Shown here in pieces: positions 29,814 to 41,649 of a DNA stretch of 64,000 nucleotides. This DNA is from Myxococcota bacterium. Lineage in GTDB: Bacteria > Myxococcota_A > Polyangia > Polyangiales > Houyiibacteriaceae. Made by a program: the position numbers and the translations under genes. The notes under the pieces are model-generated. The model saw only the letters and a program-made list of their open reading frames with translations, did not search any database and had not been told where the DNA came from. How positions within the stretch are numbered: position 1 is the stretch's first letter; each line of letters opens with the position of its first letter. Where the stretch lies: assembly GCA_039030515.1 (NCBI GenBank), contig JBCCEA010000008.1, forward strand, positions 32,001-96,000, read 5' to 3'.

Positions 29814-31100
29814 ATGTATCGCCGGGCGGCGTTCTCCAGATGCACAGGCAAAAGCTCCACGATCCTTTACGGAAACCGCGCGCCCGGGCAGACTGCGCCC
29901 GTGGAACGAGAAGGTCAACCACCACGGGAGCGTGAAACGCGAGAGCAGAGCGGAACCCACGAATGCGAAACGGCTTCTTCGACCCTGCGTCTAGGAACGA
30001 CCGATCCGGATCCTGTCGTGCTCCCCTCAGAACGGCCTCCACCGCAAACCGAATCCAAACCGGCAGCCAAGAAGGCCCGATACAGCCCAAGGCAACTCCA
30101 GAGGGAGCCAGCGCAAAAAGACGATGGTGGTGATCGCCTCGATGACCGCTATCGACTCGAATGCGAGGTGGGACAAGGGGACTCGGGTATCGTCTACCGT
30201 GCTCGGCACCTAGAAACCGATCGCCAAGTCGCGGTCAAAGTGCTTCAAACCGCAGAGAGAGCTGGTCCAAATCTCCGGCAGCGATTTCTGCGCGAGGCAC
30301 GGATCGTCGCCGCGATCGATCACCCGAACATCGTCAAAGTCAGCGATTTCGGGATCACCGAAAGCGGGACGATGTATTTTGCAATGGAGTACATCGACGG
30401 GCGACCACTCAGTAAATTGCTCGGCGGCGGAGTGCGCATGGAGCCATCGACCATGATCTCCATCGGGACCCAGATCTGTCGGGGTCTAGACGCGGTGCAT
30501 TGCCAGGGCATCGTGCATCGAGACCTCACCCCGGACAACATCTTGGTCGTCGGTTACGGGAGGAAAATGGAGGTCAAAGTTGTCGACTTCGGGATCGCCA
30601 AGATCGTGAGCGACGTCCGAAAGCTCACCCAAGCAGGTTCGATCTGCGGCACGCCCAGCTACCTCTCGCCGGAGCAAGCCTCGGGCACTGAAGTCGACTC
30701 ACGCTCTGATATCTATTCGCTAGGAACGGTTCTTTATGAGGCCGCAACCGGGATCCCCCCCTTTGTCGCGGAAGGATCGATTACCGAGGTGCTACGACAG
30801 CATCGATTCGAGGCGCCTGTGGCACCGAGTCTCTTGCGAACCGAGGGTCGACCCCTAGGACATCTCGAGGAGGTGATGATGCGTTGCCTCGAAAAAGACC
30901 CGGATCACCGCTATCAGACGATGCGTGAGCTAGAGCAGGCGCTTGAAGGGCATCGCGCCCGTTCCTCAGAACGTGCTGCAGAGAACATGCCCTGGTTCCG
31001 ATTCATCTCCTCACGGAAGGCGCTTTGGGTATTCGGTGCCCTTACCGCACTCGCTCTAACAGTCGCCGGACTGTGGGCGCTCTACAGTACGCTTCGATAG
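29814..31100 (+). CDS. Ser/Thr protein kinase with C-terminal TM helix
   Basis: VAVK, FLREA, HRDLTPDN, DFG, GTPSYLSPEQ, SDIYSLG. Confidence 0.92.
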   Translation: MYRRAAFSRCTGKSSTILYGNRAPGQTAPVEREGQPPRERETREQSGTHECETASSTLRLGTTDPDPVVLPSERPPPQTESKPAAKKARYSPRQLQREPAQKDDGGDRLDDRYRLECEVGQGDSGIVYRARHLETDRQVAVKVLQTAERAGPNLRQRFLREARIVAAIDHPNIVKVSDFGITESGTMYFAMEYIDGRPLSKLLGGGVRMEPSTMISIGTQICRGLDAVHCQGIVHRDLTPDNILVVGYGRKMEVKVVDFGIAKIVSDVRKLTQAGSICGTPSYLSPEQASGTEVDSRSDIYSLGTVLYEAATGIPPFVAEGSITEVLRQHRFEAPVAPSLLRTEGRPLGHLEEVMMRCLEKDPDHRYQTMRELEQALEGHRARSSERAAENMPWFRFISSRKALWVFGALTALALTVAGLWALYSTLR

Positions 31101-31145
31101 GCCTGCGTGCTTGTCGACCCCAGGAGGCCGTGATAGCGCCAATAG

Positions 31146-31943
31146 ATGACTAGAGAAGATCTCAGCCCGCAGTATAGGTGTTCAGACTACCTCGGTCTTC
31201 TGTTTCTGGCAGTGCTGTGCTTCGGTTGTGGTGATGCGAGCAGCGACAGCGTGAACCGATGTCGGTACTCAGGAACGGAAGATGCCACTGCATCCTGTCT
31301 CATCGCCACTCAATCTGACGAACACTACGTCTCTCAGGCACTGGCCTACTTCGATACCCTAGACATCGATGCCCCCCGCGAAAGCGTACCCAGCTACCAC
31401 GAGCAGGTGGCGCGTTGGGAGTGGCCCCCCTGGCTCAAGCTTACCGGGTACGGTCGCGACGCGATGAACAACACCGCCGCCGCACTGCGCGTTCTCGATC
31501 CATCGACAGTGCCCGTTCGAGACTGTCGTTTTTTCGAATCACAGCCTTTTGCCCGCTGCTACGTCGAGTTTGAGTACCGGAACGGCCCATGTCCGATCTA
31601 CGAGGAGTTTACCTTCAACGACCAAGGTGAAGTCACCTTCATCGAGGCCTGGTCCGACCTACCCGGGCTCTTACCGCAAGACCGAGATTCGGATCCCTGG
31701 GCGGAAGATCAGGACTATCCGAGAATCGCGAATCTGGTCCCCGGGCTAGGTAATGAAACTGGCACGTCGGACTTGCAAAGCCGAGGCATGGCCGAGCTTA
31801 GCGCGCGATTTCCGGATGTTGCGGACTTTGCACAGCGGGCAGAAAATTGGGAGGTCGCTTGGGTTCGAGAGCTTGGCCAGGTGGACCCAGCCTTCTTCGA
31901 AATTGGATGCGGATGGGAACACGACGGCACCGAGGAGCCGTAG
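31146..31943 (+). CDS. hypothetical lipoprotein
   Basis: Signal peptide with Cys (LCFGC), 265 aa, motif ARWEWPPWLKLTG. Confidence 0.7.
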   Translation: MTREDLSPQYRCSDYLGLLFLAVLCFGCGDASSDSVNRCRYSGTEDATASCLIATQSDEHYVSQALAYFDTLDIDAPRESVPSYHEQVARWEWPPWLKLTGYGRDAMNNTAAALRVLDPSTVPVRDCRFFESQPFARCYVEFEYRNGPCPIYEEFTFNDQGEVTFIEAWSDLPGLLPQDRDSDPWAEDQDYPRIANLVPGLGNETGTSDLQSRGMAELSARFPDVADFAQRAENWEVAWVRELGQVDPAFFEIGCGWEHDGTEEP

Positions 31944-32068
31944 ATGCGCTGTCGTCCCCGAGACAGCTCGGTGGAATCAACTTGACCGAGTTAAGTTCTG
32001 CGCCCATCTTCTTCGCGGTGAGTCTCCCCACTCAAAACAGTGATGCCTCCTACGGTAGCGACCACGCC

Positions 32069-32122
32069 TCTACCACTGCATTTGAATCTACCATTGCATT
32101 TGAATCTACCATTGCATTTGAG
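32069..32122. repeat. 18-bp tandem repeat x3 (TCTACCATTGCATTTGAA)
   Basis: Directly visible upstream of the ilv leader. Confidence 0.9.
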
Positions 32123-32313
32123 TTGGGCTATTTACCGGGACCAGGCTGTCTGGCTGGACACGATCTTCTTGGGCCGGGCCATCTGGTTAGCTCGAGCCTT
32201 CTTTCACCCATTCCAAGCCCGATTCGCCTCACAGCAGACTCCGTCAAACCGGCGACCGATATAAAAGGGGCAATCGATTCCGCAGAGATCGCGGACAGCT
32301 CCGTAGGCATTAC

Positions 32314-32401
32314 AGAGGACCTCCTAGCCCTAGAAATTCTAGGAGCTACCGCGGGGCACCTCTAGCACATACGGACACGACGAGAACGCTAGAAACCCCG
32401 C
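32314..32401 (+). promoter_or_regulatory. ilv-leu attenuator leader (control codons plus antiterminator)
   Basis: CTC CTA GCC CTA GAA ATT CTA codons, then TAG ending at 32365. GCGGGG-CACC-TCTAG (32351-32365) can pair with CTAGA-AA-CCCCGC (32389-32401). Confidence 0.65.
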
Positions 32402-32430
32402 ACCCGCTCGGTGCGGGGTTTTTTGTTTTT
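32393..32430 (+). terminator. intrinsic terminator of the attenuator
   Basis: 12-bp stem AAACCCCGCACC/GGTGCGGGGTTT, 5-nt loop, followed by a T tract. Confidence 0.88.
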
Positions 32431-32596
32431 ACCCTTTTGTTTCTGTCCGACACTCCCCAGAAAAGACGACCGAAATCCTAGACGACCACCAGCCAACCAG
32501 AAAAAGCGAAAACGATTTTTGCAAGATTCGCTTGTTGCGACTGTTCCCAACACCACACAAGGCCGTGTCCCACACGAGGCGCCCTATGGAGGATGC

Positions 32597-34378
32597 ATGA
32601 CCGCCGCCGAACCGATCACAGACCATTCGATACCCGATCGAAGAGGCCAAACACTCACGGGCGCCGAAATACTCTGGGAATCCCTCGTGCGAGAAAGGGT
32701 GCGTGTCGTCTTTGGATATCCAGGCGGCGCGATCATGCCGGCGTACGACGCCTTGCCCAAATATCCGATTCGGCACGTGCTCACACGACACGAGCAGGGC
32801 GCATCACACATGGCGGACGGATACGCCCGCGCGTCGAATGGAGACGTAGGGGTTGCCCTCGCAACTTCCGGACCTGGGGCGACCAACCTGGTGACCGGAA
32901 TCGCCACCGCGATGCTGGACTCGATTCCGACCGTGTTCATTACGGGCCAGGTGCCGAGTCCGCTCATCGGGAGCGATGCATTTCAAGAGACCGACATCAC
33001 CGGCGTCACCCTGCCCATCACCAAGCACAACTACCTTGTCACAACGCCCGACGGCATCGCGCCTGCCATCAAAGAGGCGTTCTACATCGCACGCTCTGGC
33101 CGACCGGGGCCGGTGGTTATCGATATTACAAAAGATGCGCAACAGAAGAGCGCAGTCTTTGAGTGGGATGAAGAGGACGTAGAACTCCCCGGCTACAGAC
33201 CCGACCATTCTCCGATGCCGAGCGACATCGAACACGCCCTCAAGCTGATTCGTGAAGCGGAGAGGCCAGTCGTCCTCGCTGGAAACGGAATCGTTAAATC
33301 CAACGCAACCGGAGCGTTGCTGTCCTTCGTCACCAGAACCGACATACCTGTTGCATGCACGCTACTCGGATTGGGAGGGTTTCCCGCCACCCATCCTCAA
33401 AACATGGGGATGATGGGCATGCACGGGGAGGCTTGGGTCAACACTGCGATTCAGGAAGCGGACCTTCTTATCGCACTCGGAATGCGATTTGATGATCGAG
33501 TGACCGGCAATCTAAATTCCTACGCCAAAAACGCCAAAAAGATTCACGTCGAGCTCGACCCTGCCGAGGTGAACAAAAACGTCAAAGTCGATGTGGCGAT
33601 CATCGGAGACGTACGTGACGTCCTTACCCGGCTTCATCAAGAACTCGATGAGCACAGCCGGGTACACTGGCAGGATCGCATCCGAGCGCTACGCGGGGAC
33701 GCTGCGGTTCGCGACATCAAAAACCTACCGGACAACGGTCATCTCTACGCGGCCCACGTCATCCATGATCTCTACCGACTCACCGAGGGCCGCGCGCTGG
33801 TGGTCACCGACGTCGGTCAACATCAGATGTGGGAAGCCCAGTACTACAAGCACGATCACGCCCGAAAACTGCTCACAAGCGGCGGGCTCGGCACGATGGG
33901 CTTTGCGCTACCTGCAGCCATTGGGGCACGGTTTGCCTGCCCGGAGGACGACGTCTGGGTGATCGCAGGAGATGGCGGATTTCAAATGACCGCTTGCGAG
34001 CTGACGACCTGTTTCCAAGAAAGCGCCAAAGTCAATATCGCGATCATCAACAATGGCTACTTGGGCATGGTTCGCCAGTGGCAGCAGTTCTTCTACGGGG
34101 GTAGGTACGTGGCGACGCCAATGGTCAGTCCCGATTTTGTAAAGCTGGCCGAAGCACATGGCCTTACCGGCCTTCGCGTGGACAAGCGTGAAGACGTTGG
34201 ACCCGCGGTTCGGCAGGCACAAGCTACCAAGGGCACCGTGGTGATCGATTTTCGCGTGGAGCAAGAGGATTCCGTTTATCCGATGGTCCCCGCTGGAGCC
34301 GATCTTGCCGACATGATCCGTCGCCCAGCCACCAAGGGTGAGTCCCACAATCCCATCTTCGAAACCGCGGAGGACTAG
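32597..34378 (+). CDS. ilvB: acetolactate synthase large subunit
   Basis: FGYPGGA, RHEQGA, TSGPGATN, DVGQHQMW, GDGGFQM..NNGYLGMVRQWQ. GGAGG RBS. Confidence 0.96.
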   Translation: MTAAEPITDHSIPDRRGQTLTGAEILWESLVRERVRVVFGYPGGAIMPAYDALPKYPIRHVLTRHEQGASHMADGYARASNGDVGVALATSGPGATNLVTGIATAMLDSIPTVFITGQVPSPLIGSDAFQETDITGVTLPITKHNYLVTTPDGIAPAIKEAFYIARSGRPGPVVIDITKDAQQKSAVFEWDEEDVELPGYRPDHSPMPSDIEHALKLIREAERPVVLAGNGIVKSNATGALLSFVTRTDIPVACTLLGLGGFPATHPQNMGMMGMHGEAWVNTAIQEADLLIALGMRFDDRVTGNLNSYAKNAKKIHVELDPAEVNKNVKVDVAIIGDVRDVLTRLHQELDEHSRVHWQDRIRALRGDAAVRDIKNLPDNGHLYAAHVIHDLYRLTEGRALVVTDVGQHQMWEAQYYKHDHARKLLTSGGLGTMGFALPAAIGARFACPEDDVWVIAGDGGFQMTACELTTCFQESAKVNIAIINNGYLGMVRQWQQFFYGGRYVATPMVSPDFVKLAEAHGLTGLRVDKREDVGPAVRQAQATKGTVVIDFRVEQEDSVYPMVPAGADLADMIRRPATKGESHNPIFETAED

Positions 34379-34383
34379 GCACC

Positions 34384-34959
34384 ATGGATAAAAACGAAGA
34401 AGCAGCGGTCGAGTCACAAAAAACGGAGAGAACCTATGTGTGCCATGTCGAGGACAAACCAGGTGTCTTGAACCGAGTCGCCTCTCTGTTCCGCAGGCGC
34501 AGCTTTAACATCGTATCCCTCAACGTCGGCCGCACCCATGAAGAAGGGGTGTCGCGAATGACCATCGTGACGCATGCCGACACCGATACCGCGAAGCGCA
34601 TCGAGGCGAACCTCTACAAGCTCGTCAACGTACTGCGCGTCGATGAGATTACCGACATGCCTCGAGTTGTGCGCAACCTGGCGCTGATCAAAGTCATGGC
34701 GGGCCCCGACGAACGAGCACAGGTGCTTCAAATCTGCGAGGTATTTCGGGCAAGAGTCGTCGACGTAGCTCCGAAGTGTCTCATGCTCGAGATATCCGGT
34801 ACTCAAGAAAAGATCGAGGGTCTCATCTCCGTACTGGAGCCCTTCGGAATCTCAGAATCGGTACAAACCGGCGCTATTGCGATGACGCGCGGGACTGAGG
34901 CGAGCGAGAAACCTATTCTGCGATCGGTCAGACCAAAGAAGAACTTTGAAGCCGCGTAG
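34384..34959 (+). CDS. ilvN: acetolactate synthase small subunit
   Basis: ACT domain DKPGVLNRVASLFRRRSFNI. Confidence 0.94.
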   Translation: MDKNEEAAVESQKTERTYVCHVEDKPGVLNRVASLFRRRSFNIVSLNVGRTHEEGVSRMTIVTHADTDTAKRIEANLYKLVNVLRVDEITDMPRVVRNLALIKVMAGPDERAQVLQICEVFRARVVDVAPKCLMLEISGTQEKIEGLISVLEPFGISESVQTGAIAMTRGTEASEKPILRSVRPKKNFEAA

Positions 34960-35049
34960 TCCCTATCACTCCTACGTCCACAGGGTTGCGTATCCAAACC
35001 ATCCTGTACGTCCGTACTCGTTCTAACCTAAAAGAGGAGAAGTTTAGAA

Positions 35050-36063
35050 ATGGTCCACATCCGCTATGACAAAGACGCCGATCTCGAACTCATCAAGAGC
35101 AAGAACGTCGCAATCGTGGGTTACGGCAGTCAAGGACACGCGCATGCGCTAAACCTGAAGGAAACGGGTGTGGACGTAACCGTGGGACTTCGCTCGGCAA
35201 GCAAAAGCGTGAAGCAGGCACGCGGTGCCGGACTCAAAGTGACGAGCGTTCGAGAAGCGTGCGAATGGGCCGATGTGATCATGGTTCTTGCTCCGGACAC
35301 CGCACAGCCCGCGATCTACCAGGAGGATATCGCGCCTGCGCTGCAGCCCGGAAACACGCTCATGTTTGCCCATGGTTTCAACATACGATATGAAACAATC
35401 GCACCGCCTGCAGATATAGACGTTTCGATGATCGCCCCAAAAAGCCCAGGTCATCGCGTTCGGGAAACCTACCAGGAGGGAGGCGGCGTTCCTGCCCTAC
35501 TCGCCGTGCATCAGGACGCCACCGGCAACGCGGATGCTTTGGCGCTCTCGTACGCGGCCGGCATCGGAAGTGCACGCGCAGGTGTGCTCAACACCACCTT
35601 TGCCGAAGAAACGGAAACCGATCTATTTGGCGAGCAGGCAGTTCTTTGCGGGGGAGCCAGTGAACTCGTCAAAGCCGGTTTCAAGACCCTGGTTGACGCA
35701 GGCTATCAACCCGAGGTGGCCTACTTTGAATGCCTACATGAACTCAAGTTGATCGTCGATTTATTCTACCGCGGCGGACTGAACTATATGCGCTACTCGG
35801 TAAGCAATACGGCCGAGTGGGGAGACTATCAATCCGGGCCTCGAGTGATTACCGAGCAAACGCATGCAGCGATGAAGCAAATCCTTAGCGAGATTCAGGA
35901 CGGAAGCTTTGCCAAGCGGTGGATCGAAGAAAATGAAAAAGGTCGGCCTGTATTCGAAGCGCAAAGGCGAAAAGAGCAGGAACAACCGATCGAACGAGTT
36001 GGAATGCAGCTGCGTTCGATGATGCCCTTTGTCGACCCGGTCACGGTGAAGCCAGGAGAATAA
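35050..36063 (+). CDS. ilvC: ketol-acid reductoisomerase
   Basis: [34 protein letters not shown]. Confidence 0.97.
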   Translation: MVHIRYDKDADLELIKSKNVAIVGYGSQGHAHALNLKETGVDVTVGLRSASKSVKQARGAGLKVTSVREACEWADVIMVLAPDTAQPAIYQEDIAPALQPGNTLMFAHGFNIRYETIAPPADIDVSMIAPKSPGHRVRETYQEGGGVPALLAVHQDATGNADALALSYAAGIGSARAGVLNTTFAEETETDLFGEQAVLCGGASELVKAGFKTLVDAGYQPEVAYFECLHELKLIVDLFYRGGLNYMRYSVSNTAEWGDYQSGPRVITEQTHAAMKQILSEIQDGSFAKRWIEENEKGRPVFEAQRRKEQEQPIERVGMQLRSMMPFVDPVTVKPGE

Positions 36064-36198
36064 ACTGCAGACGCTCGAGCCCGGGACCTGTTCGATGATC
36101 GACCTGTTCGACGATCGATGAGACAAGCCCAGGATCGATCACGATGCAGCGCTTTACAAAGAAAGAGTGAACACCTCGGAGCGGGGGATGAAAAAACG

Positions 36199-37839
36199 AT
36201 GAGCCAAAAATCGACACAAAGTGAATCGGACTACGTACGCATTTTCGATACCACGCTCCGAGATGGAGAGCAGTCTCCAGGCGCTACCCTAACTTCCCAA
36301 GAAAAGCTCGACGTGGCGAAAGCGCTATCTCGACTTGGCGTCGACGTGATCGAGGCTGGATTTCCCGCGGCGTCTCCGGACGATTTGCAGGCCGTAAGAG
36401 AGATCGCGACCCACGTCGGCAATGAGGCACGCAAAGGAACAGCGGACAGCGCGTTTAGAGAGCCGCCCGTCATCTGCGGTCTAGCGCGGGCAATGAAAAA
36501 AGACATCGAGAAGTCTTGGGAGGCAGTCCGAGCCGCCAAGCATCCTCGAATCCACACCTTCCTCGCTACCTCACCGATTCATCGCGAACACAAGCTGCGG
36601 ATGAGCAGGAGCGAGGTCGTCGATCGGATTCGAATGATGGTCGCGTACGCCAGGAACCTCTGTGAGGATATCGAGTTTAGCCCCGAGGATGCGGGACGCA
36701 CCGAACCGGACTTCCTTTACGAGGCGCTTGTCGCCGCGATCGAAGCAGGAGCGACCACCCTCAACATCCCCGATACGGTGGGCTACACGCTGCCGGATGA
36801 GTTCGGCAACTTGATTCGAGGGATCAAAGAGCACGTTCCAGGCGTGGATCAAGTAACCCTCAGTATCCACTGCCACAACGACCTCGGTCTTGCGACAGCA
36901 AACACCTTGGCAGGCGTCTGTGCAGGTGCGCGACAGGTCGAGGTAGCGGTCAATGGAATTGGAGAGCGCGCCGGCAATACCGCCCTCGAAGAGGTGGTGA
37001 TGGCGCTGCACACACGAAAGAAACTGCTTGGACTGAACACCGGAATCGTCACGACTGAGTTACTCAAAACAAGTCGATTGATCTCGAAAAGCACGGGCAT
37101 GATGGTTCAAGCCAATAAGGCGATCGTCGGCGCGAATGCCTTCGCCCACGAGGCCGGAATCCATCAAGACGGCATGCTCAAGCATCAAGAAACCTATGAG
37201 ATCATGCGTCCGGAAACCGTGGGTGCAGCAAAGACCCAGCTCGTCCTGGGAAAGCACTCCGGACGCCACGCCTTCGCTACGCATCTTGAAGAGCTGGGAT
37301 ACCCCATCGAGGGAGACGAGCTCAAAAGCGCCTTTGAGCGCTTCAAGACTCTCGCTGACAAAAAGAAATACATCACCGACGCCGACATCGTCGCCTTGAT
37401 CACCAGTCAGATCTATCAGCCTAAACCACACTTCGCACTCGACGCGCTCCAGGTAGGATGCGGCACGATGGGAATGCCCACGGCAACCGTTCGTCTCAAA
37501 ACAGAGGACGGGAGGGCGCACACCGAGGCTGCGGTCGGTGATGGTCCGATCGATGCATGTTACCGGGCGATCGACGCGATCGTACAGACGCAAACAAAGC
37601 TACTTGAGTTCTCGGTGAACTCGGTGACGGAGGGGATCGACGCGCTCGGCGAGGTCAGCGTTCGCGTAGAGGGAGACCAGACCAGCGACCCCATCAACCC
37701 GCAGCACGGCGCTCGCGACGCGCGCGTGTATCACGGCCACGGTGCGGACACCGACATCGTCGTCGCCAGTGCCAAAGCCTACGTTTCCGCAATCAATCGG
37801 CTGTTGACCGCAGTCGAGACCCGAGGCGCAGTATCATGA
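36199..37839 (+). CDS. leuA: 2-isopropylmalate synthase
   Basis: [38 protein letters not shown]-terminal regulatory domain. Confidence 0.95.
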   Translation: MSQKSTQSESDYVRIFDTTLRDGEQSPGATLTSQEKLDVAKALSRLGVDVIEAGFPAASPDDLQAVREIATHVGNEARKGTADSAFREPPVICGLARAMKKDIEKSWEAVRAAKHPRIHTFLATSPIHREHKLRMSRSEVVDRIRMMVAYARNLCEDIEFSPEDAGRTEPDFLYEALVAAIEAGATTLNIPDTVGYTLPDEFGNLIRGIKEHVPGVDQVTLSIHCHNDLGLATANTLAGVCAGARQVEVAVNGIGERAGNTALEEVVMALHTRKKLLGLNTGIVTTELLKTSRLISKSTGMMVQANKAIVGANAFAHEAGIHQDGMLKHQETYEIMRPETVGAAKTQLVLGKHSGRHAFATHLEELGYPIEGDELKSAFERFKTLADKKKYITDADIVALITSQIYQPKPHFALDALQVGCGTMGMPTATVRLKTEDGRAHTEAAVGDGPIDACYRAIDAIVQTQTKLLEFSVNSVTEGIDALGEVSVRVEGDQTSDPINPQHGARDARVYHGHGADTDIVVASAKAYVSAINRLLTAVETRGAVS

Positions 37840-39248
37840 GCCATCCCACGAATCTCTTTGAACACGTTTGGAACCAGCATATCGTCGCCAGCGAATCGAA
37901 CCGGCCGAGCGTTCTCTACATCGATTTGCAACTGATTCACGAGGTCACCTCACCGCAGGCATTTGACGGGCTGCGCGCTCGCGGCCTGAAAGTGAGGCGC
38001 CCCGATCGAACCGTCGCAACGATGGATCATTCGACACCTACGGTGCCAAAAAACCTCGCGGTGATCGACGAGCTCGCAAACCGTCAGCTAGAAAAATTGC
38101 TAGATAACTGCAAAGAATTTGGAATCGAGGTATTTCCCGTGGGCCACGAGAACCACGGGATTGTACACGTCATCGGTCCAGAACTAGGACTGACTCAGCC
38201 GGGGATGACGATCGTCTGCGGCGACAGCCACACGTCTACGCATGGTGCCTTTGGGGCGTTGGCATTCGGTATCGGGACAAGCGAAGTCGAACATGTGCTT
38301 GCAACCCAATGTTTGTTGCAAAGACGTCCCAAGACCTACGAGGTTCGAGTCGATGGGCAGTTGGGCAAAGGAGTCACTGCGAAAGACATTATCCTAGGCC
38401 TCATCGCGAGGATCGGGACTGGTGGCGCTACGGGACACGTGATCGAATATCGAGGCTCGGCGATTCGCGCCCTCGACATGGAAGGCCGTATGACCGTATG
38501 CAACATGAGCATCGAGGCGGGTGCCCGCGCCGGAATGATCGCTCCCGATGAAACGACTTTTGAATACATCGCGGGCAGGCCAAGGGCACCAAAAGGAGCA
38601 GACTTCGAACGAGCGATCGCGCGATGGAAGCAGCTACCGAGTCAAGAGAACGCTTGCTTCGATCGCACGATTCAGCTCGATGCAAGCTCGCTAGAGCCGA
38701 TGATCACGTACGGAACCAACCCAGGCATGGGCGTGCGGGTGACCGAGGCCGTGCCGCAGGAGTCCAGCTTTAGCGACCCTGGAGCGCGAGAAGCTTTTGG
38801 TAAGGCGGTCCGCTACATGGGCATAGAGCCCGGCAAGCCGCTCATCGGGACACCGATCGACGTGGTATTCATCGGGAGCTGCACCAACTCACGTCTCAGT
38901 GATCTACGCCTCGCTGCGGAGGTACTCAAGGGACGCAAAGTCAAAGACAGCGTCTGCACGCTGGTCGTTCCCGGGAGCATGAGGGTCAAACAGCAAGCAG
39001 AGGCGGAAGGCCTGCATGAGGTGTTCAAGGCGGCTGGCGCGCAGTGGCGAGAGCCAGGCTGCTCGATGTGCATCGCCATGAATGGCGACCAACTCAAGCC
39101 GGGCCAATACGCAGTGTCGACCTCCAACCGTAATTTTGAAGGGCGGCAGGGCAAGGGAGGCAGAACCTTCCTCGCCTCACCCCTGACCGCGGCTGCCTCG
39201 GCTATCCAAGGTGAAGTCGCCGACGTTCGAGTGCTCCTGAACGGCTGA
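37836..39248 (+). CDS. leuC: 3-isopropylmalate dehydratase large subunit
   Basis: [34 protein letters not shown]. Confidence 0.97.
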   Translation: MSHPTNLFEHVWNQHIVASESNRPSVLYIDLQLIHEVTSPQAFDGLRARGLKVRRPDRTVATMDHSTPTVPKNLAVIDELANRQLEKLLDNCKEFGIEVFPVGHENHGIVHVIGPELGLTQPGMTIVCGDSHTSTHGAFGALAFGIGTSEVEHVLATQCLLQRRPKTYEVRVDGQLGKGVTAKDIILGLIARIGTGGATGHVIEYRGSAIRALDMEGRMTVCNMSIEAGARAGMIAPDETTFEYIAGRPRAPKGADFERAIARWKQLPSQENACFDRTIQLDASSLEPMITYGTNPGMGVRVTEAVPQESSFSDPGAREAFGKAVRYMGIEPGKPLIGTPIDVVFIGSCTNSRLSDLRLAAEVLKGRKVKDSVCTLVVPGSMRVKQQAEAEGLHEVFKAAGAQWREPGCSMCIAMNGDQLKPGQYAVSTSNRNFEGRQGKGGRTFLASPLTAAASAIQGEVADVRVLLNG

Positions 39249-39343
39249 GAACGCTGGATGAATCACAAATAGGAACCGTGACTCGCCGTCGAGACACAAA
39301 GAGTTGGCTGCGCCGAGCGGCCTGATGGAAAGAATCAAAACCA

Positions 39344-39940
39344 ATGGCTCAGTTCACTACATTACGTTCCCGCGTCATTCCTCTTGATGCGCGAGATGTG
39401 GATACCGACCAGATCATCCCTGCACGCTTTCTCAAAATCACCGACAAAGAAGGTCTCGCCGAAAAGTTGTTTCACGACTGGCGTTATCTGCCCGATGGAT
39501 CGGAAGACCCGGAGTTCATTACCAACAAGCCCGCCTGCCGCAACGCCCAGATACTCTTGGCAGGCGACAACTTCGGTTGTGGTTCGTCCCGCGAGCACGC
39601 CCCCTGGGCTCTTTATGCATTTGGTATACGCGCGATTCTAAGCACGTCCTTTGCAGATATATTCAAAAACAATGCGTTAAAAAACGGACTGCTGCCCGTA
39701 GAGTTGCCGCCCGAAGAGATCACCGCGACGTTCAAGGCCAGGCAAGATAGGGAAGATATCGAGGTCAGCGTCGATCTCGAACATCAGACTGTTTCCTTAC
39801 CGACAGGTAAGCATGTCCGTTTTGAAGTGGACGGTTTTGCAAAACATTGTCTGTTGAACGGCATAGATCAGCTTGGGTACCTACAGTCTTTTGAGGCGCA
39901 AATCCAAGACTACGAACAGCGAACCGACAAAAACCTCTAG
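39344..39940 (+). CDS. leuD: 3-isopropylmalate dehydratase small subunit
   Basis: DTDQIIPARFL, NFGCGSSREHA. Confidence 0.97.
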   Translation: MAQFTTLRSRVIPLDARDVDTDQIIPARFLKITDKEGLAEKLFHDWRYLPDGSEDPEFITNKPACRNAQILLAGDNFGCGSSREHAPWALYAFGIRAILSTSFADIFKNNALKNGLLPVELPPEEITATFKARQDREDIEVSVDLEHQTVSLPTGKHVRFEVDGFAKHCLLNGIDQLGYLQSFEAQIQDYEQRTDKNL

Positions 39941-39948
39941 GTTCTATA

Positions 39949-41649
39949 ATGGACACAAGTCAGCCACTACGCTCCACGAGTTCGACAGTCCGTCTCTACG
40001 ATACGACTCTGCGTGACGGGACCCAGAGAGAAGGTCTTTCTTTCTCGTGCAAAGACAAGATACGAATCGCAAAGCGACTGGACGAGTTTGGTTTTACGTT
40101 TGTCGAGGGAGGCTGGCCCGGAAGCAACCCAAAGGATCAGGAGTTCTTCGAGAGAACCAAATATCTCGAGCTTTCTAACGCGAAACTAACCGCGTTTGGT
40201 TCCACAAGACGCGCGAATAAGAGCCCAGCAGAGGACCCTCAAATCACCTCCCTGCTCGGCGCAGAAACCTCCGTTTGTACCGTATTCGGCAAGAGCTCAT
40301 TACTGCACGTATGCGAAGTGCTCCGGACAACTCGCGAGGAAAACCTCGACATGATCGAAGACACCGTCCGCTTTCTGCGTAGTCAGGGGCGGCGGGTACT
40401 GTACGATGCAGAGCACTTTTTCGATGGATACAAGGAAGACGCTGCGTACGCGGTAGAGACACTTTGGGCGGCCATTCGAGGCGGCGCTGAGGTATTGGTG
40501 CTGTGCGACACAAACGGCGGATCGCTGCCTTGGGAGATCGAACCTGTCGTGCGGAGCCTTGTCGACCAGCTCGACGATCATCCATTGGGCATTCACGCCC
40601 ACGACGATACCGGTTGTGGCGTGGCCAACAGTCTCGCGGCGATACGTGGGGGCGCAAGGCACGTCCAAGGAACGATCAACGGCTACGGAGAACGATGTGG
40701 CAACGCGAATCTCTGCGCCATCGTTCCCAATCTCGAGCTAAAACTCAATCTGGAATGCGTGGGTAGCGAAAAGCTGAAAGAGCTATTCGACATCGCTCAT
40801 ATGGTGAGTGAACTAGCCAACATGCTGCCAAACGAACACATGGCCTACGTGGGACACAGCGCCTTTGCCCACAAAGGGGGGGTCCATGTAGCGGCAATTC
40901 GACGTGCACCTTCGAGCTATCAACATGTCGATCCGGAGAAAGTCGGCAACCGGTGTCGCGTGGTCGTCAGTGAGCTTTCGGGGCGAGGCAACGTTCTTTC
41001 CAAAGCTGAGGAGCTCGGTCTCCTGGTCGACGAACGTGTCGGACTGGAGATCCTAGAAGAGGTCAAGGCAAACGAGTCCAAAGGCATGGCTTACGAAGCA
41101 GCCGAGGCGTCTTTTGCCCTTCTCACAGCCCGCAAATCGAACGGGTATCAAGTACCCTTTGAGCTACTCGACTACCAGGTGACCGTGGGAAAGCGTACGG
41201 CGGAATCGGCCTCTTCGGATGCGAGCGTTCCCTATGTGGAAGCCACCGTCCGGGTCGCCGTAGGTGATGCGGTTCTTCATACCGCCTCTTCGGGCAACGG
41301 CCCGGTAAGCGCGCTCGATAAGGCACTGCGAAAAGCCTTGACCACCACCTATCCAGCGATCGAAGCGATTCAGCTTACCGACTACAAAGTACGTATCTTG
41401 GACGGCAAAGACGGAACAAACGCCACAACCCGAGTGCTCATCGACCATCGTAAGCATGGACGTTCTTTTTCGACGGTAGGGGCGTGCGCAAACATCATAG
41501 CAGCGTCGCTTGCCGCGCTCGTAGACGGTATCGAATACGGACTCATGCTCGATAGTGAAGCGCAAGAGCGCAAAGGACCACAGTGGATAGGCCGTAAGGA
41601 TCACCCCGCCGAGACAACAGCCACTAGAATGAGGAGAACGATCTCATGA
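39949..41649 (+). CDS. cimA: citramalate synthase
   Basis: [47 protein letters not shown]. These are CimA-type rather than LeuA-type signatures. Confidence 0.88.
   Translation: MDTSQPLRSTSSTVRLYDTTLRDGTQREGLSFSCKDKIRIAKRLDEFGFTFVEGGWPGSNPKDQEFFERTKYLELSNAKLTAFGSTRRANKSPAEDPQITSLLGAETSVCTVFGKSSLLHVCEVLRTTREENLDMIEDTVRFLRSQGRRVLYDAEHFFDGYKEDAAYAVETLWAAIRGGAEVLVLCDTNGGSLPWEIEPVVRSLVDQLDDHPLGIHAHDDTGCGVANSLAAIRGGARHVQGTINGYGERCGNANLCAIVPNLELKLNLECVGSEKLKELFDIAHMVSELANMLPNEHMAYVGHSAFAHKGGVHVAAIRRAPSSYQHVDPEKVGNRCRVVVSELSGRGNVLSKAEELGLLVDERVGLEILEEVKANESKGMAYEAAEASFALLTARKSNGYQVPFELLDYQVTVGKRTAESASSDASVPYVEATVRVAVGDAVLHTASSGNGPVSALDKALRKALTTTYPAIEAIQLTDYKVRILDGKDGTNATTRVLIDHRKHGRSFSTVGACANIIAASLAALVDGIEYGLMLDSEAQERKGPQWIGRKDHPAETTATRMRRTIS

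Noticed and set aside
29814..31100. Pseudokinase call because of HRDLTPDN and GQGDSG
   Set aside because: The VAVK Lys, catalytic Asp/Asn and DFG are intact, and K-to-S/T at this position occurs in many bacterial kinases.
32040..32264. Leu-rich ORF (LPLHLN x3) as the attenuator leader peptide
   Set aside because: It ends ~130 bp before the terminator and before the antiterminator, and its Leu content comes from the 18-bp repeat.
32335..32356. Canonical T-box riboswitch
   Set aside because: The essential UGGN that pairs with tRNA NCCA reads AGCT, and no Stem I was recognised.
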